Source: the human T2T-CHM13v2.0 reference genome, Homo sapiens. Taken from it: a stretch of DNA of 64,000 bases. This document shows, piece after piece, positions 1-18,810 of this stretch. Each line of letters begins with the position of its first letter. Position 1 is the stretch's first letter. The stretch lies in NCBI RefSeq assembly GCF_009914755.1, contig NC_060933.1. One strand, 5' to 3'. The notes below the pieces were generated by a model. That model was not told where the DNA came from. It was given only the letters and a program-made list of their open reading frames with translations, and did no database searches. A program made the position numbers and the translations under genes.

Positions 1-200
1 ATATGGCTACTGGGAAGTTTAAAATTACATGTGTGGCTCACATTTGCATCTCACATTCTATTTCCATTGGACAGCCCTGGTTTGGAGAGATTACATGACT
101 TGTTCAAAGTTCCACTGAACTGTAAGAGAAGATACAAGAGCACATACCAGACCCTTGCCTCCACTCAGACGTCAACCCAGCCAGGCATTCCTATAACGAG

Positions 201-531
<331 letters not shown>

Positions 532-1561
532 TAAGAGCAAGAAATCCCTGGAACCCAGCTCCGCATTTAGTACTGTGTGATATGGGGCAGCTCATTTCAT
601 CTTTCTTTAGCTCAGTTTCCTCATCAGTAAAATGGACAAAGTATAGTGCATACCACAACAACTTGCAAGGATGAAATGAACTGATAGATATAAAACCCTC
701 AGAATGGTGTCTGGCCTATAGTCAGCACTACATAATGTTATTGCTATTGTTACTATTAAATGCTCCTATATTTTAAAGTACATTGAATTGAAGCTAAATT
801 TTTAGCTAGTGACAAATGTGTCAGTCCATGAGCCATTTTTATGCTACTAGATAATTCTGCAATTAGAAGTACCAGTCAGACTACCAATTCATTTCTGTCC
901 CTGACAAACCTGTTTTGATACACTGGAATTACTGCACATGTAAAGCCTCTTGCTACATAAAAATTCAAACACAGAGAACAAAGAAATATAAAGAAATCTA
1001 TTTCTACCGTTTGTCACCAAGTCAAACAGCAACTAGATATTATTTCCTCAGTTACACTGGAGGCACATTACGTGTGTGTGCACACACACACACGTGCACA
1101 CACACACACACAGAGTCTATCTGCCTTGAATGATCAAGGTAACTAAGCTTTCCACTATTGTTGAAGAGTTAACACGGAAACTCAGGGCTGGAAGGATTTA
1201 GAGATTGCCAAATCCAGCCTTTTCATTTTACTGATGAGGAGCCTCTGTGACTCTGTGACTTGTTGAAGGTCACCATGCACATTAGAAGCCATACTGGGAT
1301 TTATACCAAAGATTTCTGGCAACTCATCCACAAGGCTTTAGATAACATCCAGCTTTTTCAGGTGATTGAAAGTTTAAAAGTATTAAAGGGAAAAGCAATT
1401 CATCAAACAGATGATGCAGCAAGTATAATAAGGAATGCTTAGAATTCCGGACAAAATACAAATTAGAAACAATATTTCTAATTAGAGCTCTAGCAAATAT
1501 CATAATATAATTAACATATTAAGTTTTCCTAATCATCCTAATAATTAGAAACAAATCCATT

Positions 1562-1842
1562 GCTGGGCGTGGTGGCTCGTGCCTGTAATCCCAGCACCTT
1601 GGGAGGTCGAGGCAGGTGGATCACGAGGTCAGGAGTTCGAGACCAGCCTGGCCAGCATGGCGAAACCCTGTCTCTACTAAAAATACAAAAATTAACCAGA
1701 CATGGTGGTGCACACCTGTAGTCCCAGCTACTCTGGAGGCTGAGGCAGGAGAATTTGTTTGAACGCGCGAGGTGGAGGTTGCAGTGAGCCAAGATCACAC
1801 CACTGCACTCCAGCCTGGGCAACAGAGGGAGAATCTTGTCTC

Positions 1843-1868
<26 letters not shown>
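1562..1868 (+). mobile_element. Alu (AluS-like)
   Basis: Full dimer with A-tail. Confidence 0.9.
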
Positions 1869-1876
<8 letters not shown>

Positions 1877-1923
1877 TGTTTGGCCAACATGATTCTCTTT
1901 AAATAAAATTTTTTAAAATGACT

Positions 1924-2232
<309 letters not shown>

Positions 2233-2924
2233 TGACTTTAAACAGAAATTTCAGATGCTCAAAATGAACACTTTAAACAAATGAAGATAATTTTTTTGGA
2301 TAAATTTTTGGTCATTTTCTGGTTTGCACCAAGATATAATTACATTGTAGATAGAATAGGTTTGATTAGCCTAATAACAAATTCAAATGGCCATTTAAGT
2401 GCTAATTTCAAATTATCTGGTGGTGTGTATGGGTAAGTGTGCATGCAAGTGCACACACACAGAATAAATTGGCTTCACCAGACCATGCCTAATTGATAGA
2501 CCCTATGTTTAGTGTCCACTCTTATCCTGGTTGGCTTACGTAAAACAAACCAAAACCTCTTTCTCATTTCCTCCACCTGCCCCACCCGTTAATATAGACA
2601 CAAATTAAATTATTAGGTAAGAGAGAGACTTCATCATTACCCTAAACCAATGGCAATTTGAAGATGGTTAGGGGAAGCTCAAGCAGTTTTCTGACACATG
2701 AGCTACCTGTAGACCATCTACAATTCCATATCAACAAATAAAAAGCAGAGAGATATTAAAAGGGATGATTTCGTCGACTTTTAGGCATTTTAGAACAAAG
2801 AAGCCGCATTTAAACACAAATATTTGTTTTGAAGGCTGCCAGCTGGTGGAGTTTTTGATAGGCCTATTGTTTATGACTAGTGCTTTATATTTCATTTGCT
2901 CTATTTCATATTGTTCGTTAATTC

Positions 2925-3085
2925 ATTTTCTTTTTATTAAGACAGGGTCTCACTCTGTTGCCCAGGCTGGAGTGCAATGGCATGATCATAGCTCACCGCA
3001 ATCTTGAATCCCTTGCCTCAAGCAATTCTCCCACCTCAGCATCCCAAAGTTCTGGGATTACAGGCACAAGCCACTGCGCCAGGCC
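2925..3085 (-). mobile_element. Alu monomer (FLAM-like)
   Basis: Single Alu monomer of about 150 bp. Confidence 0.75.
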
Positions 3086-3481
3086 TAATTTACTCTTAAA
3101 TAGCTTAAATGTTTAAATGAAAGAAAAGAAACTTGTGTAAACAATATTAGACTGATGAGTTTGAATACAGAACATGCAAATCAGAATATGGACAAGCTTT
3201 AAGAAATGACCTCATGTGCACACAGTCTTTGAAATTAACAACAACAACAAGAAGAAATGAGCTCATATCTCTCACCTCTTGAAACTGAGATCTAATTTTC
3301 TTCTTCAAATTTAAGGAACAGCAAAAGAATAAGAAATATTGGTCGTGAGGCAGCTAAAAGAACTTAGAAAGTGTAGAACCCCTTCAACACAAGTTAGACA
3401 ATGAAGAAACCAGTTGCCATTGTAGATGGGTGTGGGTACAGAATTGAATCACTAAATTAGATGATTAAAGAAATTTTTTTC

Positions 3482-3917
<436 letters not shown>

Positions 3918-3925
3918 TCAGTTTC

Positions 3926-4210
3926 AGGTGGGGCACAGGTGGCTCATGACTGTAATCCCAGCACTTTGGGAGGCCAAGATGAGCGGATCACCTGAGGTCA
4001 GTAGTTTAAGACCAGCCTGGCCAACATGGTGAAACCCTGACTCTACTAAAAATAGAAAAATTAGCCAGGTGTGGTGGCATGCGCCTGTAGTTCCAGCTAC
4101 TCAGGAGGCTGAGGGCAGAAGAATTGCTTGAACCCGGGGAGGCAGAGGTTGCAGTGAACCAAGATGGCACCACTGCACTCCAGCATGGGCAAAAGAGTGA
4201 GACGCTGTCT

Positions 4211-4251
<41 letters not shown>

Positions 4252-4270
4252 AAAGAAAAAGAAAAAAAAA
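3926..4270 (+). mobile_element. Alu (AluS-like) with long A-tail
   Basis: Full dimer; A-run at 4212-4249. Confidence 0.9.
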
Positions 4271-4465
4271 TTTGAAATGGTAAAAACTGGAATAAAAAAA
4301 ATAAGTGACACTTTGGGCTGTAAGAAAATGTGTGAACTTGAAGAATCATCCTAAATCTTGGGCTGAGATTGTAAATCTCTTCCTAATTGGGTTGAATTTT
4401 TGTAAGCCCCATAAAGGAGAAAGAATAAGAATAAGTAAATCAAACACATATTAATAATACTCTCA

Positions 4466-10880
<6,415 letters not shown>

Positions 10881-11089
10881 AATACTCTCAAGACAAACTT
10901 TAAAATAAGTAAACATGAGTCAGCACTGAATTTTTAAAATCTTGTCCTTATTTATGGTATTTAAATCTGATATTAAATAATCTATCAGAGTTGTGATTAG
11001 TTTATGATTTAACAGTAATAAATGTGATTATTTGATTTGATTACATTTAGAAACAATATTAGAATGTTTAGAATTAAGAGAGTATGGTT

Positions 11090-11414
11090 TTGTGGGGTTT
11101 GTTTTTTGTTTTTTTTTTTTTTGACAGAGTTTTACTCTGTCACCTAGGTTGGAGTGCAGTGGCTTGATTAGCAATATGTCGAGGCTCATTGCAGCTTCAA
11201 CTTCCTGGGCTCAAGTTATCCTCCCACTTCAGCCTCCCGAGTAGCTGGGACTACAAATGTGTGCTACCATGCCCAGCTAATTTTTACACTTTTTGTAGAG
11301 ATGCGGTTTCTCCATGCTTCCCAAACTGGTCTCAGACTCCTGGTCTCCAGCAATCCTCCCGTCCTGGCCTCCTCAAGTGCTAGGACTACAGACATGAGCC
11401 ACCATGCCTGGCCA
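11090..11414 (-). mobile_element. Alu (AluJ-like)
   Basis: Diverged reverse dimer. Confidence 0.85.
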
Positions 11415-12784
11415 AGAGAGTAAGATTTATTTAATCGATCTACCAGAATCACTTAACTGCTTAGATTTTGCTTGACAGCTTTTTCGGAGGTTTGAAATAT
11501 TTGAGGATACTTGGGTTTTTAAAATGTGTAAATAGGTTTAAAAATGTTTAAAGAAAATGTAATAATTTAATTAACTGAATTAATAAGTGAAGCAAACAGT
11601 AAATTGAAACCTAATCAAAGGATTAAGAAACATCCCTTTAATTTTTATATGCAAAAAACTAGATTTATAAAAATTAAAATGAGCATTAAAGCCTTAGAAA
11701 AACTAGTTTTTTTTAGCTTATATTCCGCTCTAATAAAGTCAGTATCAACTAAAACATGCAGCTACAAATGTCTCTTTGCACACAGAAAGACCCTATCAAA
11801 TATTTGAAAACTCAGCAGCAGAGAAAACAGTTGTATCCCCTTACAGTACTGATGAAGATGGGAGGATGAGAGACATCAACAGAGCACTGCTCACCAGCTG
11901 GCCCACAGCATCATCCTATACCCTTCCCCCAACATTAGAGTCTATTTTTTTCTGCCTTAGGATTGCAAAAAATTTGGAAAGAATTCCCAGATATATTGTT
12001 GAGTATCAAGAGGCTAAGAGCAAAACAGCGTATATTATTTTATTAGTTAGGATATCAGGTTAGCTGCCATTTAAAAAGGGTCTAATCATTTATAGTTCAA
12101 GGCTAATATGACACCTTCATGGTCTCAGAGTCATAGACCCTTCCTATCATGTTGCTTTTTCACCCTTAACACCTTACTTCCATCTTATGGTAAAATATGG
12201 CTGCTGCAGCTCCTACCGTCAGGTTACATCTTCCTCTAGAAGGGAAGAAAGCCTCCTTTCCTTTTCAGGTCATCACTCAGAAATTGCTACATCACTTCAG
12301 TTTACATCCCATCATCACATGGCCACAATTAGCAGCAGCTAAGCTAAGAACTATAGTATTTAGCTGGGTATCCATGTGCCCAGATAAAACATCTTGTATT
12401 ACAGAGAATCTGTATTCAGGAGACTGCTAGCAGTCTCTGCCACAAATATGCCACTTTTTATGTAAAAAAAAAAAAAAAAAAAAGTAAAAAACCATCAAGA
12501 GCATCTATTCACATATGTGCATAAAGAAAATCTGAAAGTTTAGGAAGCACATAAGATGCATACAATAAATCAGTGGCTCTAGAACATTGGCCCACAGTAC
12601 AATGTCAGTATCTAGTGAAGTTTTCATTAGCAAAAAGTAAAATAAAACAAAAACACATAATGAGCATGAGTTCATCATACATTTAAGTTTATTCAATTTA
12701 AAGTGTTATCTTCCATTAGGCCCTTCTACTATTTGAAGTTCAAGTATTCTTTCTTTATGCAATAATGTTGATACTAAATGGTAA

Positions 12785-14005
12785 TGATGGCAGTGGCGGG
12801 CCATCTGGAGCAGCCGCTGCCATCATGCCGGCTGCAGCAGGAAAGCGTGGCTGGGGCTGCATGTTCCATGGAGCTGGTAAGAGGCAGGCACAAGCAGGAT
12901 CCTCGCCCCTTCTGAGTTGGGGTGGAAGCTGCCTGGGTGCTGCAGCAGCCGCCCAAACTGCAGCTGCAGACCCAGGCATCCCTGTGCTCTCAGGGCTCAG
13001 GAGCAGGCAGGAGCCCTACCCTGCTGGCCACCGCTGCAGCTGCCAAAACCACAGCTGCAGACCCAGGCACCCCTATACCCTTGGCAGCCCAGGAAGGCCC
13101 CCACTGCCCTTGCAGGCTTGGAAGTGCCTGCTTCTGCTGCCTGGCTTCTCCCTGCTGTTGGCACCCACTCCAATCTCAGAGCAAAGTTGGGGCCATGGGA
13201 AGCCAAGGGGGGCACTGAGGGAAGCTTGGTGCTGGGCCACAGGCACCTCTTGGCACATGGGCATCCTGGGTGCCATGGGTGCCATGAACAGCAGCTGGAG
13301 GCAGACAGGCTCCTGGACAGGAGGTGGGTCCCTAGTGAGGGCCTGAAGGCTGTTGGCTGGGCTGCCAGTCCCATGGACCAGAGTGGGAACTTGTGGTGCC
13401 TTTTCCAGGCCTACCCATGGCCACCCATGGACCAATCGGTGCACACTTCCTCCCCTCTGTGGCCCTGTAGGGGCTAAAAGAGCTGTAACACAAACAGGGC
13501 TGAAATATGCCCCTTGCTTGCCACATTGTGGACAAAGAGGAGAGAAGAGCTGTGGCCCTTTGAGGACCCCAGACCTAGGCGTCCCCTAAGCCAGGGCTGT
13601 GACTCCCTTTGGGGCCCTAAGGTTCCTGGAGTCTCCAAGCTTCTGGATGCCACCATGTTCCCCAGTGCCAGCAGTGGAAGCTGCTTGTGGCGTGCCTGGT
13701 CTGGCCGCAGCCTCACAGAGAGCCGGTGCCTTTGCTGGCACCTGGAGCTGCCCACCCTGCTACAGCAAAAGGCATGTCTGACTCTGCACAGTGGCCGGAC
13801 CCCATGCTCGCTCACACACCCCTCACTATTCCATGCCTGACTCTCCCTTGGCAGGTGTGGGACTCAGGCTGGTAATGTGAGCCAAGCACAGCTTGCCAGG
13901 CCAAGTGAGCAAAACAAGCTCAATGGGCCTTAGCAAAACTCAGGCAAAGGTGCCACCAGCCACAGAGGTTTCCAGACAGAAAAATACCCCAAAGATCCTG
14001 TAAAA
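12785..14005 (+). mobile_element. MER52-family (probably MER52C) ERV1 solo LTR
   Basis: Starts TGATGGCAGTGGCGGGCCATCTGGAGCAGCCGCTGCC and ends CAGAGGTTTCC...GATCCTGTAAAA, with 4-bp TSD GTAA (12781-12784, 14006-14009). Its GC richness explains the ORF cluster here. Confidence 0.85.
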
Positions 14006-15139
14006 GTAATGTATTTCTCCATTTAGCAAATGTTATGAAACACCCAGGCACTATACAAGTTGCTGAGGATTCTCATGTTACAATAGTCTCTACACTCATA
14101 AAATTTAGAGGCTAGCGGAGAAGGAGGATGATAAGTACAATTTCAAACTAGGAAAAGCACTATTTTTAAAAAGAAATGTAGAAGGTGCTATGGGAGAAAT
14201 ATTCTGAGGAACTTAATTTGGACTGGGGTGTCAGCAAAGGCTTCCAGGAGGAAGAGATATTTAAGATGCATTCTCAAAATGAGTATCAGTTCACTAGAAG
14301 ACCAGCAGAAAAGAGTGTTGTAGGCAGACAGATTGGCATGTGCAGAGGCCTAAGAAGGATGAGTCTGGCCCGTTGAAGATTCTAAAATATGGTTCTGTGG
14401 CCAGAACTAAGTAATCATGGGGAATAATGGCAGAGGGTCATTAGGGGACAGATAAAGGGTCTCACAGGCCATGCACAGATTTAAATTTGCACCCAAGACA
14501 TAGAAATGTTCTAAGCAGAAAAACAACAATCCAATTTACATTTTTAAAAGGTCACTCTGGCTGGCAGAGTGAATAGTGAATTTGGGGCTAGGGAATGATA
14601 GATAAATTTAGCAATTCAGATAGAGATGGGGGTGGCAGAGAGGATGGCAAGAAGCGGGCACAGCAGATATTTGCCCCCATGGGGTAGATTTTGGTGAGCT
14701 GTCTGGCTCTAGGAGGCAAAAGCAGAACTGTGATTAAGAACCAAGGCTCTGGCATCAGACCACCTGGATTCAAACCCTGGCCCCACTCTGGCCAGTCAAT
14801 CTTGCCATAGGATAGGCCTCAATTTTCCCATCTGTAGAATGGAGAGGATACTACCTCTACCTCAAACATGGTGAGAAATAAATGAAATCACTGATTAAAG
14901 TACCCAGAATAATGACTGAATGTATAAACGTCACTGCTTTAATATTGCCTTTTCCATTATTAGCATTAGGTATGACAGAAAAAGAATAAAAAAAGACTCG
15001 ATTCTGGTGAGCCAACTGTTTCAAAGTAAAGCAACAGAAAAGAACAATTTACAAATTTCTCAACTGTAGTTTTGGTTACATATCAAAATCTTACCATGTA
15101 TAGTTACTAGGAAAAGTCTTTATGAAAATACAAGAAAAT

Positions 15140-15545
15140 GGGCTGGTTCATGCCTATAATCTTCTGTGCTATGGGAGGCTGAGGCAGGAGGATTGCTTGA
15201 GAGCAGGAGTTCAAGACCAGCCTGGGCAACACAGGGACACCTTGTATCTACAATAAATAAATAAATAAGCTGGGCATACTGATGCACCTGCAGTCCCAGC
15301 TACTCAGGAGGCTGAAGTGAGAGGATCCCTTGAACCCAGAAGTTTGAGACAGAAGTTGATCACACCACTGCACTCCAGCCTAGGCAACAGAGTGAGACCC
15401 TGTCTCAAAAAGAAAAAAAAAAAAAAAAAGGAAGGAAGGAAGCGAAAGGAAAGGAAAGGAAGGAGGGAAGGAAGGAAGGAAGGAAGGAAGGGAGTGAGGG
15501 ACAGAGGGAGGGAGGGAGGAGGCAAAAAGGCAGGCAGGCAGGCAG
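15140..15545 (+). mobile_element. AluJ-like element whose tail runs into a GGAA/GGGA/GGCA purine repeat (15430-15545)
   Basis: Alu dimer, then A-tail, then imperfect GGAA, GGGA and GGCA repeats. Confidence 0.85.
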
Positions 15546-16012
15546 AATACGAGAAGTATTATTTTCCAAATCTCATCTTATTCCTGGAATCCAGGCTCAA
15601 TTTTCATATCCTTATACCACTTATCCAAAAAAAATCAATTCTGGAATTCTCCAATTTTCCTTTCTTCAAGGCCCAGCCCAGGCCTGTGTTCCTTTTATGA
15701 ACCTTCTTAGACAATCACAAACAAAAAAGACTTTCAGCTACTGTAAGGAATTCTTTATACTACTCAGCTGGTATTTCATGTAAACCACTATAAAGAGAGA
15801 GACATATCTTCATTCAACCAGTATTTGAGCTAAGTTCTGCACTTAGCATTGTGGGTTCAATAGTGAGCAGAGATCTCATGGAGTTCAAGGTCTCATGTGA
15901 AACTCTTCAACACTCATCAAATTGCCAGGATGTAGTCAATCCACAGTTATTCAGACATTGGAGCATATAATATCATACATTGGAGTTCCCACACACGTTT
16001 GGTCACTATTAT

Positions 16013-16196
16013 TATTTCATTTATTTCAATAGGTTTTTTTGGGGAACAGGTGGTGTTTGGTTACCCAAGTAAGTTCTGAAGTGGTGATTTCTGAGGTTCT
16101 GGCGCACCCATCACCCAAACAGTGTACACTGGACCCAACGTGTAGTCTTCTAGCCTTCACCCCCTCCCCCACCATTTTCCCTGAGTCCCAAAAATC
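16013..16196 (-). mobile_element. L1PB-like 3' terminal fragment fused to the U6 copy
   Basis: TTTCAATAGGTTTTTTTGGGGAACAGGTGGTGTTTGGTTAC...CTGAGTCCC matches the reverse complement of the L1PB 3' end. It shares the TSD TGGTCACTATTAT (16000-16012, 16306-16318) with the U6 copy. Confidence 0.85.
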
Positions 16197-16304
16197 AAAA
16201 AATATGGAATGCTTCATGAATCTGCATGTCATCCTTGCATAGGGGCCATGCTAATCTTCTGTGTATCACTCCAATTTTAGTATATGTGCTGCTGAAGTGA
16301 GTGC
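16197..16304 (-). pseudogene. Full-length U6 snRNA processed pseudogene
   Basis: Reverse complement reads GCACTCACTTCAGCAGCACATATACTAAAATTGGAGTGATACACAGAAGATTAGCATGGCCCCTATGCAAGGATGACATGCAGATTCATGAAGCATTCCATATTTTTT, colinear with U6. Differences are mostly CpG decay, and the ACAGAGA box is mutated. Confidence 0.95.
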
Positions 16305-17442
16305 ATGGTCACTATTATGTTTTTAAGCCTTCTGTATAAATGACAGCATGCTATTCCAAGAAGTAACTATTTTCAAGATCGCATATAAGACCACTTGAAA
16401 CAGAAACCAGTGGGCTGATGGCAATACACAGAGGTTTCTTTTCTAGTCTAATTTTAGCACTTAAATTGATTTCATAAAATCAAATACTATGTCAATAACT
16501 AGTTTTGACATAGTATTTGAATAGTTTTGCTTTGTTTTAAATTTGTACTATCTGGTAAGGAAAAAAGAGAGAAAAGTAAATTACCTATATCCTTGAGTCC
16601 AAGGCTTATGTCCATATAAATTAACATTTTTGAGGGTGAAATGCCTTTGCATTGATGTGTATATTTACTATGGTGGCATTTGCTTTTCTGAAAGGCTGTT
16701 TTCAAATCAATGGCATATCTCATAATCAATGTTGCCTTAGAAACTAGGAAATTCAACATGAAGACTCAGACTAACTCTGGGCCCTTCTGCCAATTAGCTA
16801 CTAATCACCTGGCCCCGTGACATCTGCTGAGTCCCTTCACTCCTCTGGACCTTTGCCACCCCATCCATAGGATCAAAGTTTGTACTTGTGTTTCTCAAAC
16901 ACTGTAGGAAGGAACCAATTTTTAAAATTTTCCATCAGTTGTATTTCATAAATGTATCAGTCTTCAATAAAAATACTCTTTGATGCCACAGCAATGTTAA
17001 ATTGCTATAAAGGTTTCTAAACACAGGTGCATTTTGAGTGGTGTTGATGAAGACTACTAATGGCTTACCACTAAATGGATTAGAAGATAATTCTACAAAA
17101 GATTAATCACCTTCATTTGATTTTTATTAGTAATATAATTAACATATTTTTCAATTACACAGTAGCTGAGCAACAGAAGCAAATATTCTGGGATGGGTTA
17201 CTCAGAAAGGAAGGTCTTATTTATGGCAGATTCAAGAGAGAAATGGCATGGATAATCCATCTAATAATAACTGACAACTGATCATCAATACAGAAGATGG
17301 CTTTCAGGCAAAACAATAAAACATACATTTTACTTTTTTCTCTCATTCATTAAAAAAGCACAAAATATTAGAATTTGTCAGTCAATTTTTAAAAAGCAAA
17401 CTTGACAACAGGAGTATTACTCTTTGGATGGAAATATCAGCC

Positions 17443-17852
17443 ATCTTAATCCATTCTGTGTTATAAAGGAATACCTGAGGCTGGGTAATTTATAAAGAAA
17501 AGAGGTTTATTTGGCTCATGAATCTCATGGCTAGAAAGCTCAAAACTAGGCATCTGCATCTGATGAGGGCCTTGGGCTGCTTCCACTCTTGGGGGAAGGT
17601 GAAGGAGAGCTGGTGTGTGTAGAGATAATGTGGTAAGAGAGGAAGCAAGAGAGGTGGGGAAGTGCCAGGCTCTTCTGAACAACCAGCTCTCTCAAGAATA
17701 CAGTGAGAACTCACTCCCAAGGGAGGGCACTAATCTATTCTTGAGGGATCTGACCCGACGACCTAAACACCTCGCAGCAGGTCCCACCTCCAACACTGGG
17801 GATCAAATTTTCAACATGAGATTTGAAAGAGACAAACATTCAAACCGCAGCA
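17443..17852 (-). mobile_element. MST-family (MSTB-like) ERVL-MaLR LTR
   Basis: Contains ATAAAGGAATACCTGAGGCTGGGTAATTTATAAAGAAAAGAGGTTTATTTGGCTCA and CCCACCTCCAACACTGGGGATCAAATTTTCAACATGAGATTTG. Confidence 0.8.
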
Positions 17853-18569
17853 CAAGCCAATGTTCCATGGAGAGTGAATTTTCAACGAGAAGACTGATAT
17901 ATGATGGCTCTTACTAGAATATGGTTCCTCAGCACTCCTAAGTCCATTAATAGAAGCATAACTACCTAATGGTTATTAGCCATAAGATCATTGCAGTTTT
18001 TAGGAGCACAGTTTTTTGAAGAGTACATGCAAGTACAAGGATCTATGCAAACATGAACATTTGCTACTTTTTGAAACGATTCTTGCCAAGGTAAAACATA
18101 CATTTACTGGTGATGTTTACAGCTCCTGGAGTACTAACTTCTTGAAGAAAAAAATAGTTTCCATTAAGAGGTACTGGGTCATGAACTAATCAGATTTCTG
18201 CTGGCTTGAACTTTCAGCTTCCAAAGTCTTACCACTTTTCACTGTTCTTTGCTATTAATTTCCTTTTTTGTTCCACAATTCCAAGAATATCACTGTCTCC
18301 TTTACCTTGACTCTCGTTATAATAGACTCTTTAAACCTAAGAAGCACACACTGAAAAGGGAAAAAAACAGAGATCTGGCCCTAAAACCTGCAGTGGCCAT
18401 TGAGAAGATGTTGACCTCATCTCACCCATCAACTTCAGAGAAAATTTAAATTTTGCACAATTCAAACCACATATGGAAGGAATTTCTATATCTTATCAGC
18501 AACCCTATAATTTTCTTAAATTAAAAAGTATATTTTAACTTGTTATCTATTCTATTGTTAAAGTTGTTG

Positions 18570-18810
18570 AGCTGGGTGCAGTGGCTCATGCCTGTGATTC
18601 CAATGACTCTGAAGGCTGAGGTAGGAGGATCGCTTGAGGCCAGGAGTTCAAAACCAGCCTGGGCAATAGCAAGACCCCATCTCCAAAGAAATATTTAAAA
18701 CCTAGCCGGGTGTGGTAGCATGCCTGTAGTCCCAGCTACTCGGCAGGCTGAGGTGGAAGGATTGCTTGAGCCCAGGAGGCCAAGGCTTTAGTAAACCATG
18801 AAAAGAAAAA
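18570..18810 (+). mobile_element. Alu (AluJ-like, 3' truncated)
   Basis: Left arm plus most of the right arm. Confidence 0.85.

Noticed and set aside
12755-13875. Dense cluster of 60-193 aa ORFs on both strands
   Set aside because: All lie within the GC-rich MER52 LTR.
16197-16304. U6 copy as a functional snRNA gene
   Set aside because: ACAGAGA box mutated, CpG decay, no recognisable PSE/TATA upstream, and it is TSD-flanked and fused to L1.
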